NCBI GenBank assembly: GCA_963664705.1
Contig: OY761556.1
Location: 2,688,001-2,752,000 of the forward strand
Direction of reading: 5' to 3'
Origin: Acidobacteriota bacterium
GTDB lineage: Bacteria > Acidobacteriota > UBA6911
Length of the DNA stretch: 64,000 nucleotides
Shown here: positions 9,569-19,681 of the stretch, piece after piece
How the letters are laid out: each line of letters begins with the position of its first letter
Position numbering within the stretch: the stretch's first letter is position 1
The notes under the pieces: generated by a model
Database searches by the model: none
What the model was told of the DNA's origin: nothing
Seen by the model: the letters and a program-made list of their open reading frames with translations, nothing else
Program-made: the position numbers and the translations under genes

Positions 9569-11005
9569 TTAGAGAGATATGCCGATTCTGATTGGTTGTA
9601 TTTTTGTCAAATCAGAATACCCGGACTTGATCTGCAGACTCTCTGTAATAGAAAGGTATCGGTCGTCAGTCTCTTCCCAGGCCGGCCACTCGATAAGTCC
9701 CTTTACGCTTGGGTTTCCTGTTCTGGCAAATTGAGTCCATATGCGCATCATGGATTCTGAAACAGTTCTGTCAATATCCGAAATGGTTGGCACCGGGGAT
9801 TTGGCGCCGGAAAGCGCAAAACCCCCATAGTGAGCCTCCCAGGCTTCAGTAACGTCCAGGGATCCGAACATATAATGCAATTCCATCCCGTGGGCTGCAA
9901 CACAACCTTCGCTTCTCCAGTTATCCGGCACACGGTCAAAAACTGCAGCATATCCTCTCGAGTCGTCTTTGCTCGGAGCTTTTAGCATGGCTATATAGTC
10001 TGCAACCATCTTGTCCGCGATGACCAACCCCGGCCCCGTCAGTTCCCCCATGTCAGATACAACAAGATAAGGCACTTCATTGCGTTGACCGGTCCGGAAC
10101 ATATTGATGATTGAGTCCGGCAGGAACCATCCATCTTGAGCCACGCTCCAGGGCCCCATGAATTCATACTCTGCGCCCAAATCCTCATTCAAAGACTGTT
10201 CCACTTCGACAATTTTTTCCCAGGAAACAGCACGGGCTGCTGCAAGCGGATCCACTGCGCTGTCGACACCGAGTTTGGAGAAAAATCTCTCACCGAACGC
10301 TTCCAGCCTTTTCAGTTGCGTTGGTTCAAAGTCCTTCCCCCCGCTCTGGATGATGGCTCGATGAAACATTCCCTTTGCCAGAGGGGAGGCGACTAAGGCA
10401 GCTACCTTGAGCCCGCCTCCCGATTGACCAATGATCGTCACGCTATCCGGGTCGCCACCAAAAGCGGCGATATTTTTTCTGACCCATTGAAGGGAATCAA
10501 TCAAATCCAGAAAGAGATAATTACCGGATACTCCTTGGGGGGATTCACGAGATATTAGTTCGTGTGCGAACAAACCGAATATGCCGAGCCGGCTATTAAC
10601 AGTAACCAGCACAACATCGTGGCAGGGCAAACCGAGGCTGTTACTGATGGGAAGATTCCCATTTCCATATCGAGTACCGCCGCCATGAAACCAAACCATA
10701 ACCGGCAATTTTTCGCCCGCCTCTCTGGCGGGCGTCATCACATGGAGGTATAGACAATCTTCGCTCGAAGACAATGATTGCAATTTCCCCGAAGCATGAA
10801 CATCCGGATATTGGGCAGCCTGGTTGCTGTATTCTGTGCATCGGCGGATACCAGACCATGGGGCCGGCGGTTGCGCCGGCTTCCAGCGCAAAATTCCGAC
10901 AGGCGGAGCAGCATAGGGTATGCCCCTAAATATGGAGAGCTCCCGCTCCCCTTGTCTTACCTTCATGCCGGAAATGGAGCCGGTATTCAGCGTGACGCGA
11001 TCCAT
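9569..11005 (-). CDS. Cytoplasmic type-B carboxylesterase
   Basis: GIPYAAPPVG, SEDCLYL, GQSGG and AAHGMEL motifs; GGAGGAGG RBS; no signal peptide. Confidence 0.9.
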   Translation of the reverse strand: MDRVTLNTGSISGMKVRQGERELSIFRGIPYAAPPVGILRWKPAQPPAPWSGIRRCTEYSNQAAQYPDVHASGKLQSLSSSEDCLYLHVMTPAREAGEKLPVMVWFHGGGTRYGNGNLPISNSLGLPCHDVVLVTVNSRLGIFGLFAHELISRESPQGVSGNYLFLDLIDSLQWVRKNIAAFGGDPDSVTIIGQSGGGLKVAALVASPLAKGMFHRAIIQSGGKDFEPTQLKRLEAFGERFFSKLGVDSAVDPLAAARAVSWEKIVEVEQSLNEDLGAEYEFMGPWSVAQDGWFLPDSIINMFRTGQRNEVPYLVVSDMGELTGPGLVIADKMVADYIAMLKAPSKDDSRGYAAVFDRVPDNWRSEGCVAAHGMELHYMFGSLDVTEAWEAHYGGFALSGAKSPVPTISDIDRTVSESMMRIWTQFARTGNPSVKGLIEWPAWEETDDRYLSITESLQIKSGYSDLTKIQPIRIGISL

Positions 11006-11209
11006 CGCCTCCTCCTCTTTTTCCTATGCGCGCTGGTCTCCAACGAAATTCCTGATTCACACGCATAATGGGGTAGAGCCATTTCTTTGTTGCTATCGGG
11101 GTTTTGACGAGCGTACCAGGCCTTATTCCCGTGGCGTACTCCGATGCTCCTATGTGTCCTCCTGCGGAGTTTGCCCTACCCCCAGGAGTCTTTTTCGATT
11201 TCCAGACTG

Positions 11210-12055
11210 TCACTGTTTCGAAGCCGGAATTTTGGGACACCCGTTTGGACAAAGCGTAATGACGTGTACAAAGCGCAGCTTCCCATTTTCCAGTCGGAAA
11301 GTGTGTGCGTCGGGCAATCCTTTCTCGCCACCGAAGTCGATCTGTCCCATGACAGCTCCCAGGTCGACGTCCACTATGTAGCGTCGATTATTCATTGGCA
11401 CGCCCCCACCTTTGGGAACTCCTTCGGTGCAGGCTGGGTTTGGGTGGTTATCGGCGTTGGTGTAGTACCCGCCCTCAATACGGCTGCAAGGAATGCCCCA
11501 GGGCAATTTATTGAAGGCTGAATAATCCTGGAAAATGTCGAAATAATCGTCCGCGACCTTGATCAGTGCCTTACGATCCATGCGCTTATCGGACGGAATA
11601 ATTTCCCACTTCTCTGTGGACGAGTATTTCAGATAACTCTTTGCATCGAACAGCCAGTCTCGCTTATCGCTTGCAAGGCTTTCAATCTCGGCAATCCTGC
11701 CATCGGAGATTTTCAACCGGGTTCCGATGACCCATGGGTGATCGCTATTCGACTGAATGATCTCAGTGTAAGATTCGCAGATATCCACATCGTAAATGCT
11801 GCGACTGAAATCGATTGGGAAAGGCTTTTTCCAGAGGCCCTGTCCCAACGGAATTACCTTTCTTCTTTCGATATATTTTGCCTGAGTGACGAGAGGCATC
11901 AGAGATGGATCCCCTTTTTTCAAGGCACTTAGATATTTGTTGGTCACTTCCTGAAGTCCTGTTCGCGTGCATCCTTTGCCTGCTGAAGTCAGGACGGGCT
12001 CCGCCGAGGCAGGAATAGCAAAACAAAGCAGCAAAAACGAAATGATTATCCGCAT
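11210..12055 (-). CDS. Secreted protein of unknown function (paralog of 52750..53634)
   Basis: Signal peptide; shares C-x-R-x-x-L...KYL-x-A...PSL-x-P, LG-x-GLWK, RLKI-x-D-x-x-I-x-E-x-E and R-x-E-x-G blocks with 52750..53634. Confidence 0.8.
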   Translation of the reverse strand: MRIIISFLLLCFAIPASAEPVLTSAGKGCTRTGLQEVTNKYLSALKKGDPSLMPLVTQAKYIERRKVIPLGQGLWKKPFPIDFSRSIYDVDICESYTEIIQSNSDHPWVIGTRLKISDGRIAEIESLASDKRDWLFDAKSYLKYSSTEKWEIIPSDKRMDRKALIKVADDYFDIFQDYSAFNKLPWGIPCSRIEGGYYTNADNHPNPACTEGVPKGGGVPMNNRRYIVDVDLGAVMGQIDFGGEKGLPDAHTFRLENGKLRFVHVITLCPNGCPKIPASKQ

Positions 12056-12091
12056 CCTATCTCCTTTTTGTTGAGTTCGAATAGTTTTATC

Positions 12092-13198
12092 CTAACGTCT
12101 CGCCGGATGGCGTACTTCGGAAAGCGAGGAATCATTGGCCTGTAGCCGCAGGATTCGGTTGCCCTGGAAGCTGCCGACAAAAATAGAGCCTTTTAGCTGA
12201 AGAGCAACAGAGGCGCCCGCGATCAACGCACGCTTCCCATGAGAATCAAAAACGGTTTTAGCCTGCATTTTCACCGGATCAATTATTGCAACACCAAAAC
12301 CTTGGATACATGGCTCGCCACTGCCGCCAGGGCAATCACCCTGCACTCCCTTGATTCCAGCTGCGAGTATTTGCCCCTTGGCAGTCCAGGAGAGGTTATC
12401 CGGCATGAATTCCAACCTAATTACGGAAATATCGCGGCCTGCGGCGAGATCATATTTGTGCACTTCCCTAGCGGTCCACGCCGCATAGTATATGTAGCGG
12501 CCTTGTGAATCAGCGATAACTCCATTCGGATAACCGAATTTCGTTCCTGACAGTTCCGTTTCGCCTTTTCCCGCGGTCCACCGAGCCACAACACCGCTGG
12601 GTTTTCCGCTGATAAGATCCGGGCCTTTGATACCCATCGCGTTTGGATGGGTTGCGACGAAACCGCCGTCGGGGAGCGTGGCGACGTCATTATAATCATT
12701 ATTTGCAATAACACAGCCGTGCCACACAAGTCCCCAGACACCTGCCGTCCGTTTCACTTCGAACATTTCTATCGATTCGCGGCCGCCGTGATTGACAACA
12801 TACAGCTGTATAACGCCACTTGGCCTTTTCGACAATGAGATACCGTGAGGGGCAAATCTGTCACCCGCATCTCCGGGACACGCGGGATCGCCCCAATCCT
12901 TACGGGGTTCCACCGTAACCTTCATTTCGGTAAAACTATTTTGTTTTGGATCGTATAGTGCGATTCCGCCACGCGAGCTGTCCCTGCCTGCCATCTGACT
13001 CACGATCAGCCGTCGACCATCGGGTGCGGGTTCCATATCCTCCGGAGAGTGAGTGCCACATATAACTTCCGCAACACCAGCCGCCCCGCACTCTATTAGC
13101 GCTGGCTGCGGCTCCGGGCTGCGTTGCTGAGCATGCATGGCAGTTGCATATACAGCCATAACCAAGGCCATCCTGTGGAATATTGATCTGGCTTTCAT
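12092..13198 (-). CDS. Secreted SMP-30/gluconolactonase/paraoxonase-like beta-propeller hydrolase
   Basis: Signal peptide; SPEDM, FAPHGIS, LYVVNHGGRESIE, NDV, YPNGV and PDNL are paraoxonase-like metal-ligand motifs. Confidence 0.8.
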   Translation of the reverse strand: MKARSIFHRMALVMAVYATAMHAQQRSPEPQPALIECGAAGVAEVICGTHSPEDMEPAPDGRRLIVSQMAGRDSSRGGIALYDPKQNSFTEMKVTVEPRKDWGDPACPGDAGDRFAPHGISLSKRPSGVIQLYVVNHGGRESIEMFEVKRTAGVWGLVWHGCVIANNDYNDVATLPDGGFVATHPNAMGIKGPDLISGKPSGVVARWTAGKGETELSGTKFGYPNGVIADSQGRYIYYAAWTAREVHKYDLAAGRDISVIRLEFMPDNLSWTAKGQILAAGIKGVQGDCPGGSGEPCIQGFGVAIIDPVKMQAKTVFDSHGKRALIAGASVALQLKGSIFVGSFQGNRILRLQANDSSLSEVRHPARR

Positions 13199-13282
13199 TC
13201 CGTTCTCCTATTTACCAAGGTATCCATCGAGCCGCAGTGGGCTTGATCAGATACAGGCCCGCATTTCCAATGCCTCAATCAC

Positions 13283-15259
13283 TTATCTGTGAGTCACCGG
13301 GTTTTTGTAATGGAATGGGGCGACAAAGGTCGCAGGGTACGAATCATACGCATCCGTCGGCGGCCGATCCGGTAGGAACGTCTTCTCCGGATGGGTATTC
13401 GGCAACGCACTCTTACCCCACCCCTCCGCATAAGGTGTGCAGAACCTGGAGTAGGCGTGCAACGCTTTGATCTTCCAGATCGCACCCTCCTTAACATATT
13501 CATTTTCATAGGTGCCGCCGCCCCAGCTTGCAGATTTCAGATGTTCACCAATTTCGTTGAGAAATCGCCAGCGGCCTTTAGCGGTCATCCCGCCGGGAGC
13601 GACGTCAACGATGGGCTGCAGCTGAATATGGTTATAAAGCGTACCTCGTGCCAGACCATCCGGAGAAATCCGGACAAGGTACTCAAGCACTCTTGACTTG
13701 CCGGCAAATACACCCTTCCCACCCATTTCGAGAGTTCCGTCATCAGCGAAAAGGTCGGCGGCTTCTTTCCAGAGCTGCTTGTCGATATAAAAACCATAGA
13801 TCCGTTGCAGATTTTCGATCGCCCTCTCGTCTTCGAGCTGTAGTATACGGTTGCTTACGCGAATGTACGCGGCTCGCAATTCCTCCGGGATCGGCAATGC
13901 CGCTATTTCAGATTTCTCCGGCTTGCTTTGAACCGCGGTTGGATTCTTATAGTGAAACGGAGGAATATAGATCCCCGGGAAACTTTCATAGGTTTCGCTG
14001 GGTGGCTTGTCTGGAGGGATTTTGTCGCTGCGCTTAGGTGCCTCACGCGGGGCCATAGCCCAACCCTTATCGTATGGAGCAAAGAAAGTAGTGTAGAGGT
14101 GATCCTTTTTAAACTTCCAGTTGCCCCCTTCCATGACAAGCTCGTTCTCGTATACGCTGTCGCCCCAAATCCCGGTGCTTCCGAAAGTACCTAGCTGGCT
14201 AAGAGCTCGGCTGCGCACATTCGCGTGTTGTCCATCCGGAGCCAGATGAATGACCGGTTGCATTTGGATGTGATTGTGTAAGTGGCCCGGCTCAATATTC
14301 TGCGGTCCGAACAATTCCCACGCACGTCTCACGCCCTTTTTGCCAACATAAATGCCGCGCTGAGAAATTTCCATGGTCGAATCTTCAACAAACAGATCCG
14401 TGAGTTGGGCCCATTGCTGTTTGTCGAGATAGTACCCATACATAGAAACAAGGTTTTCAATTTCCTCAATGTCTTGAAGACTTCTGATGCGGCGGGCCAT
14501 TGCCTCGAGAGCCGCATCAGTTTCAATCGCTTTTCCTGAAGAAGCATGCGCTGAGGTTTGGTAGTGGTAAGGTGGCGTATACACACCAGGCCACACTTCA
14601 TACTGTTCGCTTGGAGGTCGATCCGGAGGAAGCTGCGTTGAAACATGGATTCCGTTCGTGCTATCCCTGTTTGCGGCCCATCCACCTTGATAGGGCACCA
14701 TGAAAGTCTGATACCAATGCAGTTTGCTGATCTTCCAGATTCCGTTATGTTTGATGTACTCATTCTCGTAAACGCCTTCACCCCAAAAAGCGCTTTTATT
14801 CAGCTGTCCCGACATGATGACCGCGCGCCAGCGCGCCTTCGCCGTGTGGCCTTCGTCCGAGACATGCACTACCGGCTGGAGTATAAAATGTTCGTTGAGC
14901 TGGCCATGTCTCAAACCATCGCGACCACCGCCATAAGCCAGCAAGTATTGGCGAATTCGTTTCTGGCCGACATAGATCCCATCAAGGCCGATTTCGATTG
15001 TGCCTTGTGGCGCAAAAAGATCCGCAGCCTGATTCCACATTCCGCAATCGAGGTAATATCCATAGGCACGCTGCAAGCGCTTCAGATCGCTTACATCTCG
15101 AATGCGATCAACCTCCTTTTCGAGCTGCTCGAGTTGTCTCCGGAAAACGACATCCTTTTCCCGGTCTTCTGCTTTATTGCGCGATTGCCCGTTGTCGGCA
15201 CCTGTATGTATCCACACGGCTGCAAGCATTGTGACCCCGATGCAAAGTAGAGGTTTCAT
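13283..15259 (-). CDS. Secreted protein with three tandem SnoaL-like (NTF2-fold) domains
   Basis: Three repeats of YG[YF]Y[LI]D...W...DLF...H...QP[VI]...YENE...WK...PY..GW; signal peptide MKPLL... Confidence 0.85.
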   Translation of the reverse strand: MKPLLCIGVTMLAAVWIHTGADNGQSRNKAEDREKDVVFRRQLEQLEKEVDRIRDVSDLKRLQRAYGYYLDCGMWNQAADLFAPQGTIEIGLDGIYVGQKRIRQYLLAYGGGRDGLRHGQLNEHFILQPVVHVSDEGHTAKARWRAVIMSGQLNKSAFWGEGVYENEYIKHNGIWKISKLHWYQTFMVPYQGGWAANRDSTNGIHVSTQLPPDRPPSEQYEVWPGVYTPPYHYQTSAHASSGKAIETDAALEAMARRIRSLQDIEEIENLVSMYGYYLDKQQWAQLTDLFVEDSTMEISQRGIYVGKKGVRRAWELFGPQNIEPGHLHNHIQMQPVIHLAPDGQHANVRSRALSQLGTFGSTGIWGDSVYENELVMEGGNWKFKKDHLYTTFFAPYDKGWAMAPREAPKRSDKIPPDKPPSETYESFPGIYIPPFHYKNPTAVQSKPEKSEIAALPIPEELRAAYIRVSNRILQLEDERAIENLQRIYGFYIDKQLWKEAADLFADDGTLEMGGKGVFAGKSRVLEYLVRISPDGLARGTLYNHIQLQPIVDVAPGGMTAKGRWRFLNEIGEHLKSASWGGGTYENEYVKEGAIWKIKALHAYSRFCTPYAEGWGKSALPNTHPEKTFLPDRPPTDAYDSYPATFVAPFHYKNPVTHR

Positions 15260-15365
15260 GGCCAACCCTCACCAGGCGTGAAAGTTCCTGCATTTATGGT
15301 TCCTTTGTACTGCATGTGGCCGGAAATCGAAGAGTTGTCTAAAAGCGATACCTTAGCACAATTGT

Positions 15366-15395
15366 TGTCACATAGCTGTGACAATATTCTTGACA
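15366..15395 (+). promoter_or_regulatory. Palindromic operator, copy 2 (TGTCACA-TAGC-TGTGACA), followed 6 bp later by a TTGACA -35 element
   Basis: Perfect palindrome at 15366-15383; TTGACA at 15390-15395; possible -10 GATAGT at 15412-15417, upstream of the ABC operon. Confidence 0.8.
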
Positions 15396-15462
15396 AGGCG
15401 CGGACAGCTCAGATAGTAAGGACTCACGCAAGTTCCTAAATGTATCAAGAAAGGGCAAGGAC

Positions 15463-16809
15463 ATGGTTCGGTTGAAAGGCTGTGTTTCTTCAAGGTTGGC
15501 AGTTGCGCTGCTGTGTATCGTTTGCGCTATGCTCTTCGGCCAATGTTCAAAGAACAATGCCAGAGCGCCTGAAATCCACCTACTGTTAAACCGCCATCCC
15601 TTTACCGAGGCAATCTTGCGATTCATACCGGAATATGAGCAAAAAACGGGAATCAAGGTTAATATGCTGCTTCTTTCCGAAGAGGAGTACTTTGAAAAGT
15701 TAATCACAGAGCTTTCCAGCCGCAGTTCATATTACGATTTGTTCATGCTGGGTTTTCCGCATATATGGCAGTATGCCAAGGCAGGATGGCTCGAACCACT
15801 GAATCCATACATCCAAAATACCAACCTTACACCGACAGACTGGGATCGCGATGATTTTTTCCCGGAACTCATTGCTTGCTCCAGATGGAATCTTAAACAA
15901 GGCACGGGTTTGGGTGAAGGCCCTCTATGGGCGCTCCCGGTAAACGAAGAAGCTTACGTGATTTTCTATCGCAAGGATCTGTTCGAGCGTTTCCACATTA
16001 AACCGCCCGCTACCTATGAGGATGTTTACAAAGCAGCAAAGGCCCTGACTCGCAATGTGGACGGCCAGCAAATCTATGGATTCGGTCATAGGGGCGTGCG
16101 GAGCTGGTCAACAATCCATCCGGGATACCTGACTGCCTTTGCCACCTGGGGAGCGAGGGATTTTGACGACTCGATGCGTTGCGTGATCGATAGTCGCCAA
16201 GGCGTCGAAATCACGGATCTGTTCATCCGGACTTTGAAAGAAGGCGGGCCGCCCGGTTGGCCTAGCTATACCTGGTATGAAGGTAAAGAGGCATTCCTTT
16301 CAGGCAAATTCGCAATGTGGTTCGACGCAAATCATCAGGCGGCAGCGTTTGAGAACCCCACCAAATCTCAGGTATCTGGTAAAGTCGGGTATTTGCTTCC
16401 TCCAGCGGGACCGGATGGCGAGATTAAGTCCAGCACATGGGTGTGGAGTCTAGCGATGAATGCCGCATCAAAAAACAAAGAAACAGCCTGGAGATTTCTC
16501 GCATGGGCAACTACCAAGGAAATGCTGCAGCGAACCGTTCCCTATGAAAACATCAATCCTACGCGCAGATCCGTATGGGAAGATCCTAGAACCGTTGCGG
16601 CCACAAATTGGGCAGGGGGTGAGTATCGTCGCACGGCTCAGTTGCTCCTCTCGAAGTATGCCAGAATCCGATGGACTCCCTCGACCTATGTCACACAGGC
16701 CGGAGACCGCTGGGCCGCAGCGCTGCAGGAAGCATTCGAAGGCACTCGGACCACCGAACAGGCTTTAAAAAGCGCAGCGGAGGATATCAATCAGCTGGTG
16801 AGGAAGTAA
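15463..16809 (+). CDS. Carbohydrate ABC transporter substrate-binding protein
   Basis: N-terminal signal with possible lipobox (FGQC); CUT1-type SBP features such as YDLFM, WALPV, FYRKDLF and AWRFLAW. Confidence 0.9.
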   Translation: MVRLKGCVSSRLAVALLCIVCAMLFGQCSKNNARAPEIHLLLNRHPFTEAILRFIPEYEQKTGIKVNMLLLSEEEYFEKLITELSSRSSYYDLFMLGFPHIWQYAKAGWLEPLNPYIQNTNLTPTDWDRDDFFPELIACSRWNLKQGTGLGEGPLWALPVNEEAYVIFYRKDLFERFHIKPPATYEDVYKAAKALTRNVDGQQIYGFGHRGVRSWSTIHPGYLTAFATWGARDFDDSMRCVIDSRQGVEITDLFIRTLKEGGPPGWPSYTWYEGKEAFLSGKFAMWFDANHQAAAFENPTKSQVSGKVGYLLPPAGPDGEIKSSTWVWSLAMNAASKNKETAWRFLAWATTKEMLQRTVPYENINPTRRSVWEDPRTVAATNWAGGEYRRTAQLLLSKYARIRWTPSTYVTQAGDRWAAALQEAFEGTRTTEQALKSAAEDINQLVRK

Positions 16810-16814
16810 TCCGC

Positions 16815-17717
16815 ATGGCCGATTACGCTTTACGCACGAAACGCCGGGAACCGCTTCATAAAAGCTTGCCCTATCTTATGACTTTTCCCGCGCTCGCCGC
16901 GCTGATCGGTATTCTGTATCCCTTTGTTTTGGGTGTGTACTACACATTCACAAATTACACTCTGACTGAACCCGATAATATCGGCTGGATAGGCCTGACA
17001 AACTATGTCGCGATTTTTAAAAATCCCGATTTCTGGAAGGCCTTCAGTTTGACCTTTGTTTTTGCCGGATCGGTGGTGGTTATCGAATTGGCCATGGGGC
17101 TGGGAGTTGCTTTGCTCCTTAAGGACCCATTCCCCGGAGTTCGCCTTCTGCGATCTTTTCTGGTTATCCCGATGATGATCCCGCCCATTGTCAGTGCGCT
17201 GATGTGGAAGGTTATTCTTCTTCCCACGGACCAAGGCGTGCTGAACCACATTCTGAGTTTTGTGCGAATCAAGCCTATCGCGTGGCTGGGCGACTCTTCT
17301 ACGGCACTTCTTTCGCTGATCATTATCGATGTTTGGATTTACTCGCCATTTGCGATCATGATTTTCCTGGCCGGATTGCAGTCTCTGCCCAAAGAACCCT
17401 ATGAGGCAGCGCAGGTAGACGGAGCATCAGGCTGGTTTGCCTTCCGTAAGCTTACGCTGCCGTTGCTCACTCCCTGCATTGTTCTTGTCACGCTCTTCCG
17501 ACTGATCGATTCACTCAAGGTTTTTGATATTGTTTATGCCACTACCAAGGGCGGCCCTGCGGGAGCTACCACAACGCTGCATATCCAAAGCTATTTTGAG
17601 GCCATCCGGTGGTTCAGGATGGGCAGGGGTATGGTTTACCTTTTTGTCCTTTGGTTTCTGTGTTTCATTCTTTCCAAAACTCTATCCAGGCTTTGGACCA
17701 GGGTTCTGATCAGATGA
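16815..17717 (+). CDS. Carbohydrate ABC transporter permease (MalF/UgpA-like)
   Basis: Multiple TM segments; EAA loop LQSLPKEPYEAAQVDGA. Confidence 0.92.
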   Translation: MADYALRTKRREPLHKSLPYLMTFPALAALIGILYPFVLGVYYTFTNYTLTEPDNIGWIGLTNYVAIFKNPDFWKAFSLTFVFAGSVVVIELAMGLGVALLLKDPFPGVRLLRSFLVIPMMIPPIVSALMWKVILLPTDQGVLNHILSFVRIKPIAWLGDSSTALLSLIIIDVWIYSPFAIMIFLAGLQSLPKEPYEAAQVDGASGWFAFRKLTLPLLTPCIVLVTLFRLIDSLKVFDIVYATTKGGPAGATTTLHIQSYFEAIRWFRMGRGMVYLFVLWFLCFILSKTLSRLWTRVLIR

Positions 17718-18571
17718 CGCGCTCAAGTAAACTCATGGGCATTCTAAGAATTCTGGGGCTTGCCGCATATTTCACCTTTGCGCTGGGACCCATCATTTGG
17801 ATAGCCATGATGTCCTTGAAGAACCCCAACGACGTCATCGCCAGTCCTCCAAAGTTTTTATTCACGCCCACCGCAGAGAACTATAAAGCGATTACCGTTG
17901 GCCAGCATGGGCAGAGAACGGAAACGGTGAAACCTGATTATCCAAAATACTTTTTGAACACCCTGATTATTGCATCTGCCACAGTAGCGGTTTCTCTGCT
18001 ACTGGGAACATTTGCGGCATACAGCCTGGCTCGATTTTCTTTCCGATTCAAAGAGGACATCGCCTTCACTTTTCTGAGCTTCCGGTTCGCCCCGGAACTC
18101 ATGGTTATTCTCCCGCTGTATGTCGTTTTCCAAAAAACAGGCCTGATCGATTCATATTCCGGCCTTACTGCAGCCTATCAGCTGATTACTTTGCCATTCA
18201 TGATTTGGGTACTGCGAGGATTCTTCGAAGATATTCCTCGAGAGATCGAACAGGCTGCACGAGTGGATGGCTATACCTGGCACGGCGTTTTCCGCAAGAT
18301 CTCGCTGCCTTTGGTTAAGCCCGGAATCGCTGCGGTGGTAATTCTTTCATTCATCTTCGCGTGGAATAATTTCATATTTTCTATGATCCTCGGAGGAGAA
18401 CGCACCCAAACCATCACCTTGGGTATTTTGGGATTTATCGGATACGAGCGGGTTCTTTGGGGACAAATGGCTGCTGCCACCATGATCTGCGTTATCCCGG
18501 AGCTTATCCTGGCGTTTTTTGTGCAGAGTTACATTGTGCGCGGACTCACTTTCGGTGCGCTAAAGAGGTAA
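17714..18571 (+). CDS. Carbohydrate ABC transporter permease (MalG-like)
   Basis: EAA loop FFEDIPREIEQAARVDG; ATGA overlap with the previous gene. Confidence 0.92.
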   Translation: MTRSSKLMGILRILGLAAYFTFALGPIIWIAMMSLKNPNDVIASPPKFLFTPTAENYKAITVGQHGQRTETVKPDYPKYFLNTLIIASATVAVSLLLGTFAAYSLARFSFRFKEDIAFTFLSFRFAPELMVILPLYVVFQKTGLIDSYSGLTAAYQLITLPFMIWVLRGFFEDIPREIEQAARVDGYTWHGVFRKISLPLVKPGIAAVVILSFIFAWNNFIFSMILGGERTQTITLGILGFIGYERVLWGQMAAATMICVIPELILAFFVQSYIVRGLTFGALKR

Positions 18572-18574
18572 TCG

Positions 18575-19681
18575 GTGGCGAATATCATTTTTCAGCATGT
18601 CCGAAAATGCTATGGCGATCACGAGGTCATTGATGATCTGAACCTGGAAATCCGGGACAGGGAGTTCTTTGTAATTCTCGGCGAATCCGGTGCCGGGAAA
18701 ACCACTATTCTCAAAATGATCGCCGGTGTCGAGCCCGTTACATCAGGCACAATCATTCTTGACGGGCAGCCGATCGAAAACCTGGCTCCTGAAAAGCGGG
18801 ATTGTGCCATGGTTTTTGAAACATATGCTCTGTATCCACACCTGTCCGTATTTGAAAACATTGCCTTTCCGCTTCGAGCTCCCGGGCGCCGGATCGATGA
18901 AGATCGGATCAAGCAGGCTGTAGTCCGGGTAGCCCGTACTCTGGGAATCGAGGCCTTTCTTGACCGCAGGCCGGCCGCCCTGAGTGGAGGTCAAAGACAA
19001 CGCGTATCTCTGGGACGTGCCCTGGTTCGGCAACCTGCCGTCTTTCTCATGGATGAACCACTCTCTCATCTGGATGCACGACTGCGCAACGAAATGAGAA
19101 CCGAGATCAAAACCATGCGAGAGTCTTTCGGGACCACAATTGTCTATGTTACACACGACTATAGTGAGGCTTTGGCCCTGGGAGATCGAATAGCAATTCT
19201 GCATCAGGGGCGCATTGAGCAGGTAGGGACGCCATCCCAGGTATTCCGTCGGCCCGCAAATCGCCTGGTGGCTGAATCCTTAGGCGATCCCCCAATGAAT
19301 TTTCTTTCAGGCATAATAGAATTCGATCAAAACCGAGCTTTGTTTGCGACCGGGAATCTGCAAATTCCCTTGTTCGATAACGCTCGACTTCGGGCGTATG
19401 AGGGAGAAAAAGTCTGGCTCGGACTCAGGCCGCAGCATATCCGACTGGAGCGCAACAGGCCGGACAATCCCTTCAACTTACCTTCAAAGCTATTTGTTCA
19501 AGAACTGATGGGAGACCATACCGTGGCTTCCGTTTTGGTAGAAGACCGCCTGTTCACCGCCTTGTGTAAACCCGCTCAGGTTTATCACATCGACGAGCCT
19601 CTGTATTTGGAATGGGCCCCTGAGCATCTATACCTGTTTTTGGAAGAGACAGGCGAGACACTGCTGGCAGAGGGCGACTGA
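18575..19681 (+). CDS. ABC transporter ATP-binding protein (MalK-like)
   Basis: Walker A GESGAGKT, LSGGQ signature and Walker B FLMDEP. Confidence 0.93.
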   Translation: MANIIFQHVRKCYGDHEVIDDLNLEIRDREFFVILGESGAGKTTILKMIAGVEPVTSGTIILDGQPIENLAPEKRDCAMVFETYALYPHLSVFENIAFPLRAPGRRIDEDRIKQAVVRVARTLGIEAFLDRRPAALSGGQRQRVSLGRALVRQPAVFLMDEPLSHLDARLRNEMRTEIKTMRESFGTTIVYVTHDYSEALALGDRIAILHQGRIEQVGTPSQVFRRPANRLVAESLGDPPMNFLSGIIEFDQNRALFATGNLQIPLFDNARLRAYEGEKVWLGLRPQHIRLERNRPDNPFNLPSKLFVQELMGDHTVASVLVEDRLFTALCKPAQVYHIDEPLYLEWAPEHLYLFLEETGETLLAEGD

